Below, piece by piece: positions 1 through 13,176 of a stretch of DNA of 64,000 nucleotides. The notes under the pieces were generated by a model, which searched no databases, had not been told where the DNA came from, and saw nothing but the letters and a program-made list of their open reading frames with translations. Both the position numbers and the translations under genes were made by a program. The DNA lies in NCBI GenBank assembly GCA_964016885.1, contig OZ024755.1:36828001-36892000 (forward strand), in the 5' to 3' direction. Each line of letters begins with the position of its first letter. Position 1 is the first letter of the stretch. Source of the DNA: Eledone cirrhosa. Its lineage: Eukaryota.

Positions 1-326
1 GTGTGTGTGTGTGTGTGTGTATACACCCCATCATATATATATATTTACATTTTCTGCATTGCAACGTTGGCATTATTTTTGCCGTGACGCTATAGTAATC
101 AATAAATATCTAAGTGATATCGCTACGTCTTAAATTTCTAATATAAGTTGCTAGACTGTAAATATGAAGATGGAGAGCTATACTAGATTAACTAGGCCTT
201 GCCACATTTCTACGTGACAGCTCATTTGATCAAGAACTATACTAATTTGTCTGACTAAACATATATCATGTTATTTGCGTATAATATATTTCAGACATCG
301 ACACACTCATGTTAGTAAGTAAGTAG

Positions 327-401
<75 letters not shown>

Positions 402-466
402 GTTTATCCCGGGTTCAATCGGGGACAACCACAGTAAGTAAGGTACTCAATCCAAAGCAGAGTATA

Positions 467-560
467 AATATTTAATATAGAAAATGCTTCTACAGGACTA
501 GATGATTTCTCCCGAATGAAACAGTTCTAGTCCTGTAGAAGCCTTTTCTATATTAAATAT
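467..560. repeat. Fold-back inverted repeat of a PLE-type terminal module
   Basis: atatttaatatagaaaatgcttctacaggactag / ctagtcctgtagaagccttttctatattaaatat; related pieces near 1140-1265, 7230-7300, 28760-28795 and 60550-60605. Confidence 0.7.
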
Positions 561-1070
561 AAATATAAATATATATATGATGGACTCTCCCGTCGATATC
601 CGACGTATGAGTGTCCAACAAAAGTTGATGTGAAAAAGTGAACTTATGTTGAACTACCCACACAAAGTTTTGTTTTAAGTGGTGAAGGCTTGTGTAGGAC
701 CAACCACACTTTTTGGGAACTGACGACACATATCTTCGGTGCAGATGTTTCCCACGGAAAATACAACGACATCTCTAAAAAAAAAACATATATATATAAA
801 CTAAAAAAAATAAATAAAAACTATTTGGATGACCCCTATGCGGGGTCTTGTATTTCATCTCACCGAGTGTTCAAATATCACCCTCCTCACAAAGCAATAT
901 ATACTTGGGGAGGGTCATATTGTTATAATATTGCCAGAAATAATAACAGAACACAGATTAAATATTTGCTCTACGGTTTTTATATATATTTTAGTCTTCA
1001 CATTTATATGACTATATAAATATATATATTGTTATACTTTGGGAGGGTCATGTTGCCAAATTCAGAAACG

Positions 1071-1114
<44 letters not shown>

Positions 1115-1581
1115 ATGTGTGGGTGTGTGTGGGTGTGTGTATCCCGGGTTCAAACGGAGGTAACCACAGTAAGTAAGGTACCCAATAAATAGCAGAGTAA
1201 ACATTTAATATAGAAATAGCTTCTACAGGACTAGAACTGTTTCATTCGAAGGAAATCATCAGGGCAGCAGAAACGAAGTCCCTCTTACACCAATGGTCAG
1301 CCAACACAGGCTGGAGATAGAAAGTGTAGCAACAAGGGCGGTGCCCCAGCATGGGCTCAACCGGATGGCAGGAACAGGTAAAAAAGAGAGTAATATATTT
1401 AATATCTAGAATCCCGATGTAACTAATAGGGTGTTGGTATATTCATTTTATTTTAGAAATGACACATATTTATTTCATAAGAAATTATAAGAGAAGCCGT
1501 AGCTGATCATTTCTCACAAATGAAAAAGTTCAAGTCCTGTAGAAGTTATTTCTATAAGAAAATGAATATATGTATAGTCCC

Positions 1582-1660
<79 letters not shown>

Positions 1661-1720
1661 ATGTTGATTTAAAACTGCACTATTCACAAGTGTGTTTTAA
1701 CCTTCATATCATGTCTCCCT

Positions 1721-1789
1721 ACTTTATCTGACGAAAACGCAAATGTTATTGCATGATGATATTTGTTTTTGAAATACGCATGATAAAAT
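1721..1789 (+). ncRNA. Degenerate minimal type-I hammerhead ribozyme (family of 42160 and 48289)
   Basis: tttat-CTGACGA-stem II-GAAA-TACGCA-TG-ataaa; G at the cleavage position suggests it is inactive. Confidence 0.55.
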
Positions 1790-1820
1790 ACATGGAACTC
1801 TTTTAACCATCTTTTGATCT

Positions 1821-1888
<68 letters not shown>

Positions 1889-1896
<8 letters not shown>

Positions 1897-2205
1897 AAGT
1901 GAGTCCTTCATCAGTGACCCTCCAACCGTCCTCGGCATTTCATCGCTTTAAGGGCCATATGCCTCAGGTTGGTGCGAACAACGGCTAAAAAAAGTCGTTG
2001 GGACACGTAAATAAAGGGGGACGCTAGAGTAACAACAAAAAGGTTTAAAACCTTTTTGTTGTTACTCTAGCGTCCCCCTTTATTTACGTGTCCCAACGAC
2101 TTTTTTTAGCCGTTGTTCGCACCAACCTGAGGCATATGGCCCTTAAAGCGATGAAATGCCGAGGACGGTTGGAGGGTCACTGATGAAGGACTCACTTTTT
2201 CATAT
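1889..2205. repeat. Perfect palindrome, 158-bp arms, 1-nt centre (2047)
   Basis: Arms are reverse complements around aggttt-a-aaacct; a diverged single arm occurs at about 63800-63980. Confidence 0.92.
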
Positions 2206-2237
2206 GTATCCCATTTGCAACGCCGCAGCTCCATTAT

Positions 2238-2312
<75 letters not shown>

Positions 2313-2881
2313 TACCGGACACTTCTCCAGCCATCCACTCCATACCATGGCAAATATCCAGCATCTCTTCTCACACTCGATGGAACTACCTCAGGAACTT
2401 ACCCACGGACATACACTCACATTTTTTTTCGCACCACGCCACCCACATCCACACCACATACGTACGTACACGCTCAACCTCCAGAATCCAGAACATGGAA
2501 CCTCGTCCTTCTTCTCACATACACACACACACACACACACTCACGTACACCTACACACATACACAAACACCACCGTCAGCCTTCCCCGCTTCGATCCCCC
2601 GGGTCCCTTGCCCAACTCCACCCGCCACCAGCCTTTCCTCGCCTCACACCCTTACACCACTTGCTCATCTTATTGTTAATTCCTATGTTTAATTTTACGT
2701 TTATTTTTATTTTTATTTGTCTCCTTCCCCCTTTTTTCTAAATGTATTTCCACACACCCTCGGAACTCTCTTCCTAACCTATTTATCCCGAAGAAGGGCT
2801 TATGCCCGAAACGTCCCCTCCCACGTGAACCTAATAAACCTTTATTTGTCTGCCTCTCTGTTTTGTACCCGTCTAAATTTC

Positions 2882-2916
<35 letters not shown>

Positions 2917-2921
<5 letters not shown>

Positions 2922-3036
2922 GGAACCAGTAAGACCCCGACAGCTGAGCTCAAGCCGTTTCGACGGCTAATTCTGGACTGAATTAGCCGTGGAAACGGCT
3001 TGAGCTCAGCTGTCGGGGTCTTACTGGTTCCTATTA
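2917..3036. repeat. Hairpin inverted repeat, 57-bp arms, 6-nt loop
   Basis: taataggaaccag...ctaattc tggact gaattag...ctggttcctatta with one mismatch; related arm at about 5065-5200. Confidence 0.9.
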
Positions 3037-3110
3037 CCCACTCTACTACCTCAAGTATTGAGTACTTTGGTGCGTTATGGTCCACGTGGTTCCTTACCAC
3101 ATTTCCTTCG

Positions 3111-3165
<55 letters not shown>

Positions 3166-3337
3166 GAAAAGTGTAATTTTCTACACAAAACGAAGGTTAT
3201 AGAGAAAATTAAGGTTGGTAATGGCACATGGAATATATAAGAGACAGAATACTTTTTTGTGAAAAAACATATAATTTTATAAGGTAAGGAAATAATAAAG
3301 GGTATAAAAAATGACCGGTTTCGATGGGTCTGCAAAA

Positions 3338-3376
<39 letters not shown>

Positions 3377-3438
3377 TAACATATTCTACGGTTCTTATCG
3401 AGCCCTTTTGGGATTTTAGTCTTCAAATTTATTATTAT

Positions 3439-4384
<946 letters not shown>

Positions 4385-4716
4385 TATATAAATATATATA
4401 TATATATATACATACGAGACAAAATCCTGGTAGGTGTATATGCATTTCTTCTAACTTTAATTTTATACCTAATTGTGTAAGGTTGACGGTATATTTAGTC
4501 GATTGCCACGTGCTGTTGAAATGTTGGGTAAAAATTCTATGGCGGTCGGCCGCGAAGAGATTGCTGTCGTTTATTTATCTACTATTTTTTCATAGGTGCC
4601 TTTTAATCTTAATCTTATAGCCTGGTCTAATTGATTTTTTATGTAGTTAATTATGCTAATTGGGAGAGGAAATGGTGTATATATATTATCATGTGATTCT
4701 ATGGACATACTTTATA

Positions 4717-4844
<128 letters not shown>

Positions 4845-4889
4845 ACAATAATAGTAATAAACGAAAGATATACTATATCATCTCCATTT

Positions 4890-4961
4890 ATTTCATTATA
4901 TATATTTCGAAGATGTAAAGTTTTATAACATAAAGCAAAACATGTCTTCTTCAGACAAAAT
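4890..4961 (-). ncRNA. Minimal type-I hammerhead ribozyme
   Basis: attttgt-CTGAAGA-imperfect stem II-GAAA-TATATA-TA-atgaaat on minus strand. Confidence 0.6.
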
Positions 4962-5029
4962 ACATAGATGTATAATTTTTTCATGATATGCTGGTAGACA
5001 AACGAGTTGGACAGATCGGTGACCACCAA

Positions 5030-5066
<37 letters not shown>

Positions 5067-5225
5067 ACGAAGGTTGTGTGGTAAGAAACCAGGTGGATTA
5101 TAATGCACCAGAGTACTCGATACTTAGGGTAGTAGTAGAGTGGGTAATAGGAAAAGAGTCAGGACCCCGACGGCTGAGCTCCGGCCGTTTCGACAGCTAT
5201 ATATATATATATATATATATCATCA

Positions 5226-5289
<64 letters not shown>

Positions 5290-5296
<7 letters not shown>

Positions 5297-5842
5297 ATAC
5301 TTTGGGAGGGTCATGTTGCCAATAAGAAACATATGCACCAGTTGCTTTCACTCCAATTTATTATAAATTAAATTAAATTATAAATTTTAAAATTTATAAA
5401 TTTCCGGTTGGTTGGTTGGTTCCACAACCGGACGGTTGTTCATATATTGTCAAAGTTCTTTCGTCACACATTCTGCGACCTCTTCAGTGACTGGGGATTT
5501 TTTTATTTGTTTTGTGCCTCTCCTTTGTTCTGTCCTACGCCATCTTGGTTTTGTGTGTGTTGTGTGCTTAGTTTGCGCATGTGTTACATTCGGGTGTCTG
5601 TGTGTGTTTTTATTTGTTTATTTATTTGTTTATTTACATGTTACTGGTTGGTTGTTTGTTCTATGTGTGTGTTTTCATTTTGTCCTTAATTGTAAGTTGA
5701 GATGTTGCTATTCCATTCATGTTTTCTATTTAATTTTGTTTGGAGTTCATTTATGCTTATTGCCTCTGATTTGTCTAAACATTGCGTCTTTTCTGTGTGT
5801 AAATCTTATTTTTATTTCTATGTTCTCTAATTTACCCTTATG

Positions 5843-5850
<8 letters not shown>
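5290..5850 (-). mobile_element. Penelope-like 3' end (endonuclease C-terminus + pseudo-LTR), diverged copy of 25590-26250
   Basis: Encodes EHKGKLENIEIKI..THRKDAMFRQI; collinear with the 24608-25268 arm; flanked by (TA)n. Confidence 0.85.
5449..5491 (-). ncRNA. Minimal type-I hammerhead ribozyme
   Basis: gtca-CTGAAGA-ggtcgca gaatg tgtgac-GAAA-GAAC-TT-tgac. Confidence 0.8.
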
Positions 5851-5929
<79 letters not shown>

Positions 5930-6202
5930 ATTATTGAGTATATGTTGGTTGTTTACCGACACCTCAGTATGCAGATTGGACCACTCGACCAAGTACGCAG
6001 GTTGGTTTGTTTACTCCGGAGTAATGTAAAATAATTAAGTCAAATATGTAAAATTTGGCTTCGTTTATTACGATTCCAGTTTACTATGATTCCAGTTCCT
6101 AAAAGAAATAACAACACTACCAGGAGCTGGACATATCGATGGATTGACGGAGTAAAACACACCTCAACAACATGTGTACCTGTCTCTCCCACACCAATTC
6201 GG

Positions 6203-6257
6203 ACTGCCTGAAGAGGTCACAGCCAATGATGGCTGTCACCGAAATATATATAGCAGT
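6203..6257 (+). ncRNA. Minimal type-I hammerhead ribozyme
   Basis: actgc-CTGAAGA-ggtcacagcc aatgat ggctgtcacc-GAAA-TATATA-TA-gcagt; all stems pair, palindromic stem III. Confidence 0.88.
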
Positions 6258-6308
6258 ATATCTATAATTTGTAATAAACGAAGCCACATTTTACATATTT
6301 GACTTAAT

Positions 6309-6377
<69 letters not shown>

Positions 6378-6485
6378 TAAACGGAATAGAAAATGCTGAC
6401 AAATTGGTCACAGTGAAAAATAGTTTAATTAGGAATAAGTGAGAATTAGTAATAGTATTGGTTAGTATTCAGTTTTGGTTTTAAG

Positions 6486-6521
6486 TTTTACCGGTTGCGC
6501 ATTTCTAATGCTTTTCAAAAA
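6486..6521 (-). ncRNA. U3-A8 variant hammerhead, degenerate
   Basis: ttt-TTGAAAA-gcatt aga aatgc-GCAA-CCGG-TA-aaa; GAAA mutated to GCAA. Confidence 0.5.
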
Positions 6522-6552
6522 TAATTTTGAGATAGAGCGTCCGTGATGTTTG

Positions 6553-6607
<55 letters not shown>

Positions 6608-6648
6608 GAAAATAAAACAAAGAAGCCTTCAATACATCAAAAGTCTTT

Positions 6649-6693
6649 ATTAGCCAACAATGTTTCGTCCTATTAAGGACTCATCAGGGCAAT
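6649..6693 (-). ncRNA. Minimal type-I hammerhead ribozyme
   Basis: attgcc-CTGATGA-gtcc ttaata ggac-GAAA-CATTG-TT-ggctaat. Confidence 0.88.
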
Positions 6694-7032
6694 CAAAACC
6701 ACAAGAAGCACTATCGGCCAATACAAGCCGAAAACTCCGAAGAATATGGAGTGTACATACACTAAAGTATTGGAAGATTATGGGTAAAAATATATAATAA
6801 AAATCACTAAGGAGGTGGATAACATTTTGAACCATATTACAAATATAGTCCAAAGCAAAAAACTAGAGCTAAACAAAGGTGGTTATATAGAGCAGGAATT
6901 ATAGTATATATGTAATACATATAATATAATATAATATACTTGTAACAATATTAAAATTAAAATTAAAATTAGAAGGCGCAATATACATATGTATATATAT
7001 ACGCACACGTACGCACATATACATATACATCA

Positions 7033-7119
<87 letters not shown>

Positions 7120-8156
7120 TATATATATATTTATATATATTTATATATAAATGTATATATAGTATATTTTGCAATACACCAATTCTAATTCATATTTATA
7201 TATATATATATTAAATATATATACATATATATATATTTAATATAGAAATGGCTTCTACATGACTAGAACCACTTACTGTGGTTACCCCGATTGAACCCGA
7301 AAAAAAAAAAAAAATATATATATATATTACCGGCCTTTATCTTCTGGCTCCACCCCAATGCAATGAGATTATGTCTATCTATTCGTGGTTTACAACTGAA
7401 GAAAGTACATACTGTCGTTCTTGCTAATAAACAATTAAAAGGTATTTATTTTAAAAATATCAGTTAATCGTTTTTGGAACATCGTGAGAATGGATTGTCT
7501 ATCAGTAGATTAAGCTCGAAGAGAGAAAGTAAACTGAGAGACTGCAGACCAGTGTTCTTGCTAAATATATACTTATTGATTCATTTCATTAGACATAGAA
7601 ATGGTCTTTTATTGTTTCAGAAAACATTTGTTTAGGTGGCGGCATTTAGTCAAGATTTATTGTTTGACTACTAGATAAATTGCAGATTTATTGAGTTTCT
7701 TTCGTATGAGATTCTTCCCAGCTATTCATAATTCCCATTTTCCTCGCATTCCTCGATACCCCCCTCCAGATCAATTAATCAAGCTAAAAATATTTTCCTC
7801 GTGTCGAACATTATCCGAAAATACAAACAGCTTCAAGTATTTTCCTTGGCTAAACACGACAAGCATGAAACCCCCATAGATACAATGTTGACTCCCAAAT
7901 ATACATCATATAGGAAGATGAATCCCATATTCTTCCTTTAATTGGGTCTATAATGAGATACTCATCAAAATCAAAAGAGGCATATTTGACAGGTAAAACG
8001 TCACAGAGAAAAAAACGAATATAGCTTAACAGGTACCAGATGACAGTAAACAACAATAAAGTGCGTTACCAACAATAACTACAACACTTTAATAGCAATC
8101 GTATTTTATCGCTTGCTCAAGGAGTAATTGTTGGAACCCATACATGTGTGCGTGTG

Positions 8157-8450
8157 TGTGGTGGTGTTTAAGTGTTTGAGTTGTGAGTTCGATTCCAGAG
8201 CCGTTTGATGCATTCTTTCCTTGATCAAGTCATTTTATTTCTCGTCACACCAATTCACTCAGCTGTAGAAATCAGTTGCGATGTCACTGGTGCCAAGTTG
8301 TATCGGGCATTGCCTTTCCCCTGGACAACATCGTGGAATGGAGGGGAAGCCAGGTATGCATGGGTGACGGCTGGTTCCTCGGAGGCGAACTTCCTGAGTG
8401 TAAATCCCATTGTTATTAGTGAACGAAAGGAGATTTTACCCTTTTATTCT
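8157..8450 (+). mobile_element. Diverged tRNA-derived SINE (second family)
   Basis: B-box-like gagttcgattcc followed by tccttgatcaagtcatttt...cagctgtagaaat. Confidence 0.55.
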
Positions 8451-8497
8451 ATGTATTTTCTAAATACACACACACGTATACATATATATATATATAT

Positions 8498-8575
8498 ATT
8501 GCCTCGTCTGACGAACGAATGAAGACGTTTCTTTCGTATTCGCCTCATTCGGGAAACCTCTGGTAATGAGGTAAT
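8498..8575 (+). ncRNA. Type-I hammerhead ribozyme with closed 3-bp stem III
   Basis: attgcctcgt-CTGACGA-a cgaatga...tcattcg g-GAAA-CC tct GG-TA-atgaggtaat; 10-bp stem I. Confidence 0.85.
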
Positions 8576-8714
8576 TATATTGTATTGATTTTTATACATT
8601 AAATTTTGCTCTGATACTTACATAGAGCACTCTTCACTTCTATGACCTTTTCTGTTTTCAACGGAAATTTCAATACTTATATATATATATATATATATAT
8701 AAATATATGTATAG

Positions 8715-8798
<84 letters not shown>

Positions 8799-8912
8799 TG
8801 TGTATATGTATATATATATATGTGTGTGTGTGTTACGTATTTCCGTAGAAAAGGTAAAAAAAAGTGCTCTATGTATAGTACAGAGCTATTTAATTACATA
8901 ATAAACAACACA

Positions 8913-8984
8913 ATTCCATTACCAAAGGTTTCAGGAAACTAGATGATCCTTACAGAAACGTCCAGCTCGTTCATCAGATGAAAT
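8913..8984 (-). ncRNA. Type-I hammerhead ribozyme (8498 family), followed by an inverted partial copy at 8995-9085
   Basis: atttcat-CTGATGA-acgagctgga...tctagtttcct-GAAA-CC ttt GG-TA-atggaat. Confidence 0.75.
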
Positions 8985-9393
8985 AGTTATCTAGATAACT
9001 ATTTCATCTGTAAGGATTATCTAGTTTCCTGAAACCTTTGGTAATGGAATAATTATGTTGTGTTGTTTATTATGTAATTAAATATATATATATATGTATA
9101 TATATAAACATTCTTGAAGAAACAGGGAGCTGTGTGGTTACTTCATAAAGTTTATTTGGAAATAAGAGGAAAGCACAAACGGGGGACAATCCCTTCATCA
9201 GTTGCCTGCTGGACATTTCAACACATTAAAGAGAATATGTCTAGTTCCAGTGCGTCAATAACTAAAGGAAGTTATTGGGGAAAAAAGGAGACAGAGAAAA
9301 CATATAACAGAAGGGAAAAAGGAAAAGAAAAACGGAGACAACATACCGAAAATGAGGGAAACACGAAAAGCACATGTATGTATATGAGTAACC

Positions 9394-9481
<88 letters not shown>

Positions 9482-9699
9482 GAGAGAGACTGAAGGGAGG
9501 TGGAGAAGTCTAAATCAGATACTGAACTTAAGTCCGAGGCTTTTGTTGACTGTGAATTAGAGTGAGAGAAGAAAACAGGTCTGAGCTCTGCAAGAGTTGT
9601 CGAAAAGAGGCAGAGGCGAAAGAAAAGCGGACAACTGGTAATGGGAATGTCCCCTTTTTTGCTTTCCTCATATTTCTAAATATCTATCTATCTATCTAA

Positions 9700-9783
<84 letters not shown>

Positions 9784-9982
9784 ATACATATATATATCAT
9801 GTATATATCATCTATATATACATGTATATATAGATGTATAATATCAGTACTCTGATAGAGTACTGACACTAATTCCTAATTATTACTGGACCGGCAACTG
9901 TTCTGTTTAATCAGCTCTTAAACATCACTGGAATTCTATAAGAATCCACCTTCTATAAGTCTCGGCAGAAGCGAAGGGATAT

Positions 9983-10027
9983 GCAATCTTGATACCCGTC
10001 AACGAACGAGAAACGGCCGTCGGTTGC
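9983..10027 (+). ncRNA. U3-A8 variant hammerhead, degenerate, in a long stem
   Basis: gcaatc-TTGATAC-ccgt caacga acga-GAAA-CGGCCG-TC-ggttgc; stem I extended by ggcagaagcgaaggga/tccctctgcttttgcc. Confidence 0.55.
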
Positions 10028-10351
10028 TTCCCTCTGCTTTTGCCAAGATTAAGTAAGTGACGTAGTCACTACTTTAAAACTCATAGCGAATGGTCTTCAA
10101 AATGTTTTTAAATAAACATACAGTATATTATTAAATATACTATACATATATATATATTCCTAATATATATATATATATATAGATTTTGAGTTTATGTTGG
10201 TTGTATACCAACACCTGAGTATGCAGACTGGAGCACTCGACTCCAGTTCCTCATTGAAATAACAACCCAACAAGGAACTGGGCATATCAGAGTATTGGCA
10301 ATATTATACACCTAAACAACATATGTACTTGTCTATACCATACTAATTCAA

Positions 10352-10406
10352 ACTGCCTGAAGAGGTCACATCCAAAGATGGCTGTCACTGAAATATATAT
10401 AGCAGT
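10352..10406 (+). ncRNA. Minimal type-I hammerhead ribozyme (6203 family)
   Basis: actgc-CTGAAGA-ggtcacatcc aaagat ggctgtcact-GAAA-TATATA-TA-gcagt. Confidence 0.8.
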
Positions 10407-10868
10407 CATAAACGAAGCTAAATTTTAATCATTTGACTTTTATTTAACTTTATTTTATATATATATATATATAAATGTATAAATGAAAATAGAGAAATTA
10501 ATGTGAACAAGAAGCCAACAGTAATTCATACATATAAGTGACTATTACGTCAAGATGGAAAATATTTAACGTAAGATATGGGAAAATAATTCAACCTCAA
10601 TTAAAAAAAAAGTCAAGACAGAAATTTTATCCACAGATTTTGTGTAATCCAGAGAAAAAACCAATAGAATCTTAACTCAGAATAAAATTAAGAGTAAATA
10701 CTTATCCTTCAATTTGGAAAAATCTACAAATGCTCTATATAGTCTTAAAAAGACTATTTCACGAAACTTTTCAGTGGCGTTAGTCACTGTTGGGATCATT
10801 CATCAGTAGAGCTCAACACGATAACTAAGAACCACTGCTAAAATATGCCAAAAGGGAATTTAAAAGCA

Positions 10869-10944
<76 letters not shown>

Positions 10945-10957
10945 CTATACATATATT

Positions 10958-11014
<57 letters not shown>

Positions 11015-11027
11015 CTATACATATATT

Positions 11028-11137
<110 letters not shown>

Positions 11138-11534
11138 TGTTTACTATTAAATCAAGACTGTTTAAACAATATTTAACATATATCTTCTAATGGATTGTTT
11201 CTGAGGAATAATTTTGCTGAAATATACCCGACGGCGTTTACTACAATCAAACGAATATCTCTCTGTAGGATTAATCTGTCAATATTAGAAACGAAGTCAC
11301 AAAACTAATCAATAATTTGAACAACATTAATAGTTATTAGATGAACATCATATTTCAATTACACTCATCAACGTCAATCAGGTGATGTATTAGCATCAAC
11401 ATCGCCATCATTGCTATAGTCTTCCTCTCGTTTAATACCAGAAGAAGGTGAAATAACAACAAGAACAGTGATTCTACAATAAATGTGATATTTACAGATT
11501 TGTTAGTAATTTCTATGTTCAACTTATATAAGGG

Positions 11535-11746
11535 TTATCGATTTAGGCACAAGACAGGCCACCGAATTTGGGGGAAGGTAAGTTAAGGTCGATTAAATCG
11601 ACATCAGTGCGTTACTAGTCCTTTATTTTATCGACCCAGTAAAGATGAAAGACAAAGCTTACCTCGGTGGGATTTGAACTCAACGGAAGCAACGTAAAGG
11701 GAGTCAACACTATGTCGCAAAGCATAGTACTGCCAATCAACCGCCC
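11535..11746 (-). mobile_element. tRNA-derived SINE (main family), diverged
   Basis: Homologous to 36519-36712. Confidence 0.8.
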
Positions 11747-11885
11747 TTTCAACCTATAGAAATTGAGAAGAAAGATTCAGATTTGAACATAAAAATGTCT
11801 CTTCATATTAGATCTCACAGAATATTAAGTGGACATTATCAGATTGTAGATTAGGGAGGTGGAGTGACGGGAGATAAGGGAGGTG

Positions 11886-12177
11886 CAGTTATGGGCAACC
11901 TGCGACCCGCGAAGCTTTCTGAATGGCTCGCCTAAGTCACCTAAGTGAAATCTTTCTGATATTTTTACTCCAAATTTTCAGTCATAATTTATCTTTCTAT
12001 TATTTTTTCGATCGAAGAAAACAACGTGTACGAATTCTGAAGAAACAAATCAAAACAACCTGAGTTACCGCCCTTTTTTTAAAATGCAGGCACGAATGTA
12101 AATTAGCGCTTGCGGCCCGCCTGATGATGAGCCATATCTCAAGCGGCCCGCTTCTCGAAAAAGGTTGCCCATGCCTG
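11886..12177 (+). mobile_element. hAT (Charlie-like) MITE
   Basis: TIR cagttatgggcaacct / aggttgcccatgcctg, gcggccc subterminal motifs; second copy at 53949-54339. Confidence 0.85.
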
Positions 12178-12410
12178 CATTAGAGCGTTAGGTAAAATAA
12201 TAATGATAAAGTATCAGTGAAATACTTGGGTCGATATTATAAGTGATTCCTTTCCCCGCATATTGCATGTCTTGTGCCTTGAATAGAAACGATTATTAAG
12301 ATGGAAGCCAAATGTTACCTCGTCTTATTTTATGTATGTATGTATGTATGTATGTATGTATGTATGTATGTATGTATGTATGTATGTATGTATGTATGTA
12401 TGTATGTATG

Positions 12411-13018
12411 ACAGGTCACCAGTTGGTGCTACTGGTAACATGTATCCCAGTAAACCTGTCTCATGGTCGGGTCGTTGGCGCTAAACTGGCAACCCCACCA
12501 AGGTTTCTTGGTGAGGAGGGTGACTTTGGACATCCTGCAGGACTAAAAACAAAACCTGTCAAAGGGCAAAGGAGCTCTTAAGAGTCAATAGCCATCCAAA
12601 ATCACCGGGAGAGATGACCCCTTAGCCTTTGTCAAGGCAGAATTCTAGGAGAAGGAAAACTCTGATATAACACCTGCAACCCTGATGGTATCCAATGATG
12701 TTGACTTGTTCTTCTTTTTGGTAAATATCATCTTGGTTAAGAGAGTGGGACTGGCTTTGTGCAGTGCCTTTGCTCACTATAAAAGCTTCACGGCACAGGC
12801 ATTGCTTTATATCTGGAGATCTCTCTGCACTTGTCATCACATGGTACCATGGGCCCAGCACTATGTGTCAATAATTGTCACAAGTGTAGTGTTTGTACCA
12901 GAGTTCTCAAGTTGCTGGCTGGACTAAAAAGTCACACTCGTTCAGCGGATCGGTAGGAGTTCTCCTACATGGATATAAAGTAGTGGCCGTACTCGAAAAC
13001 GAGTTGGCAGCCACCATG
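12411..13018 (+). mobile_element. Non-autonomous retroelement with RTE-like 5' head, inserted in (TATG)n
   Basis: (TATG)n on both sides; near-identical partial copy at 31461-31870 (-); head shared with 42794-43278 and 45450-45588. Confidence 0.75.
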
Positions 13019-13176
13019 TATGTATGTATGTATGTATGTATGTATGTATGTATGTATGTATGTATGTATGTATGTATGTATGTATGGTAGGGAAGACAAT
13101 CATTTTAGGATTATATTGTTTTAGTGCAAATGTCTTGGCACTAAAAATGGCTTGGCACCCAATACCTCCTCCTCCT

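Noticed and set aside
1232-1266. Hammerhead on minus strand (CTGATGA-tttc cttc gaat-GAAA-CAG-TT)
   Set aside because: Core present but stem I does not pair in this copy
2788-2815. Hammerhead CCGAAGA-agggc ttat gccc-GAAACGTC
   Set aside because: U4 mutated and no stem I pairing; at most a relic
12121-12160. CTGATGA...GAAA inside the hAT MITE as a hammerhead
   Set aside because: Stems do not form and GAAA is not conserved in the second copy
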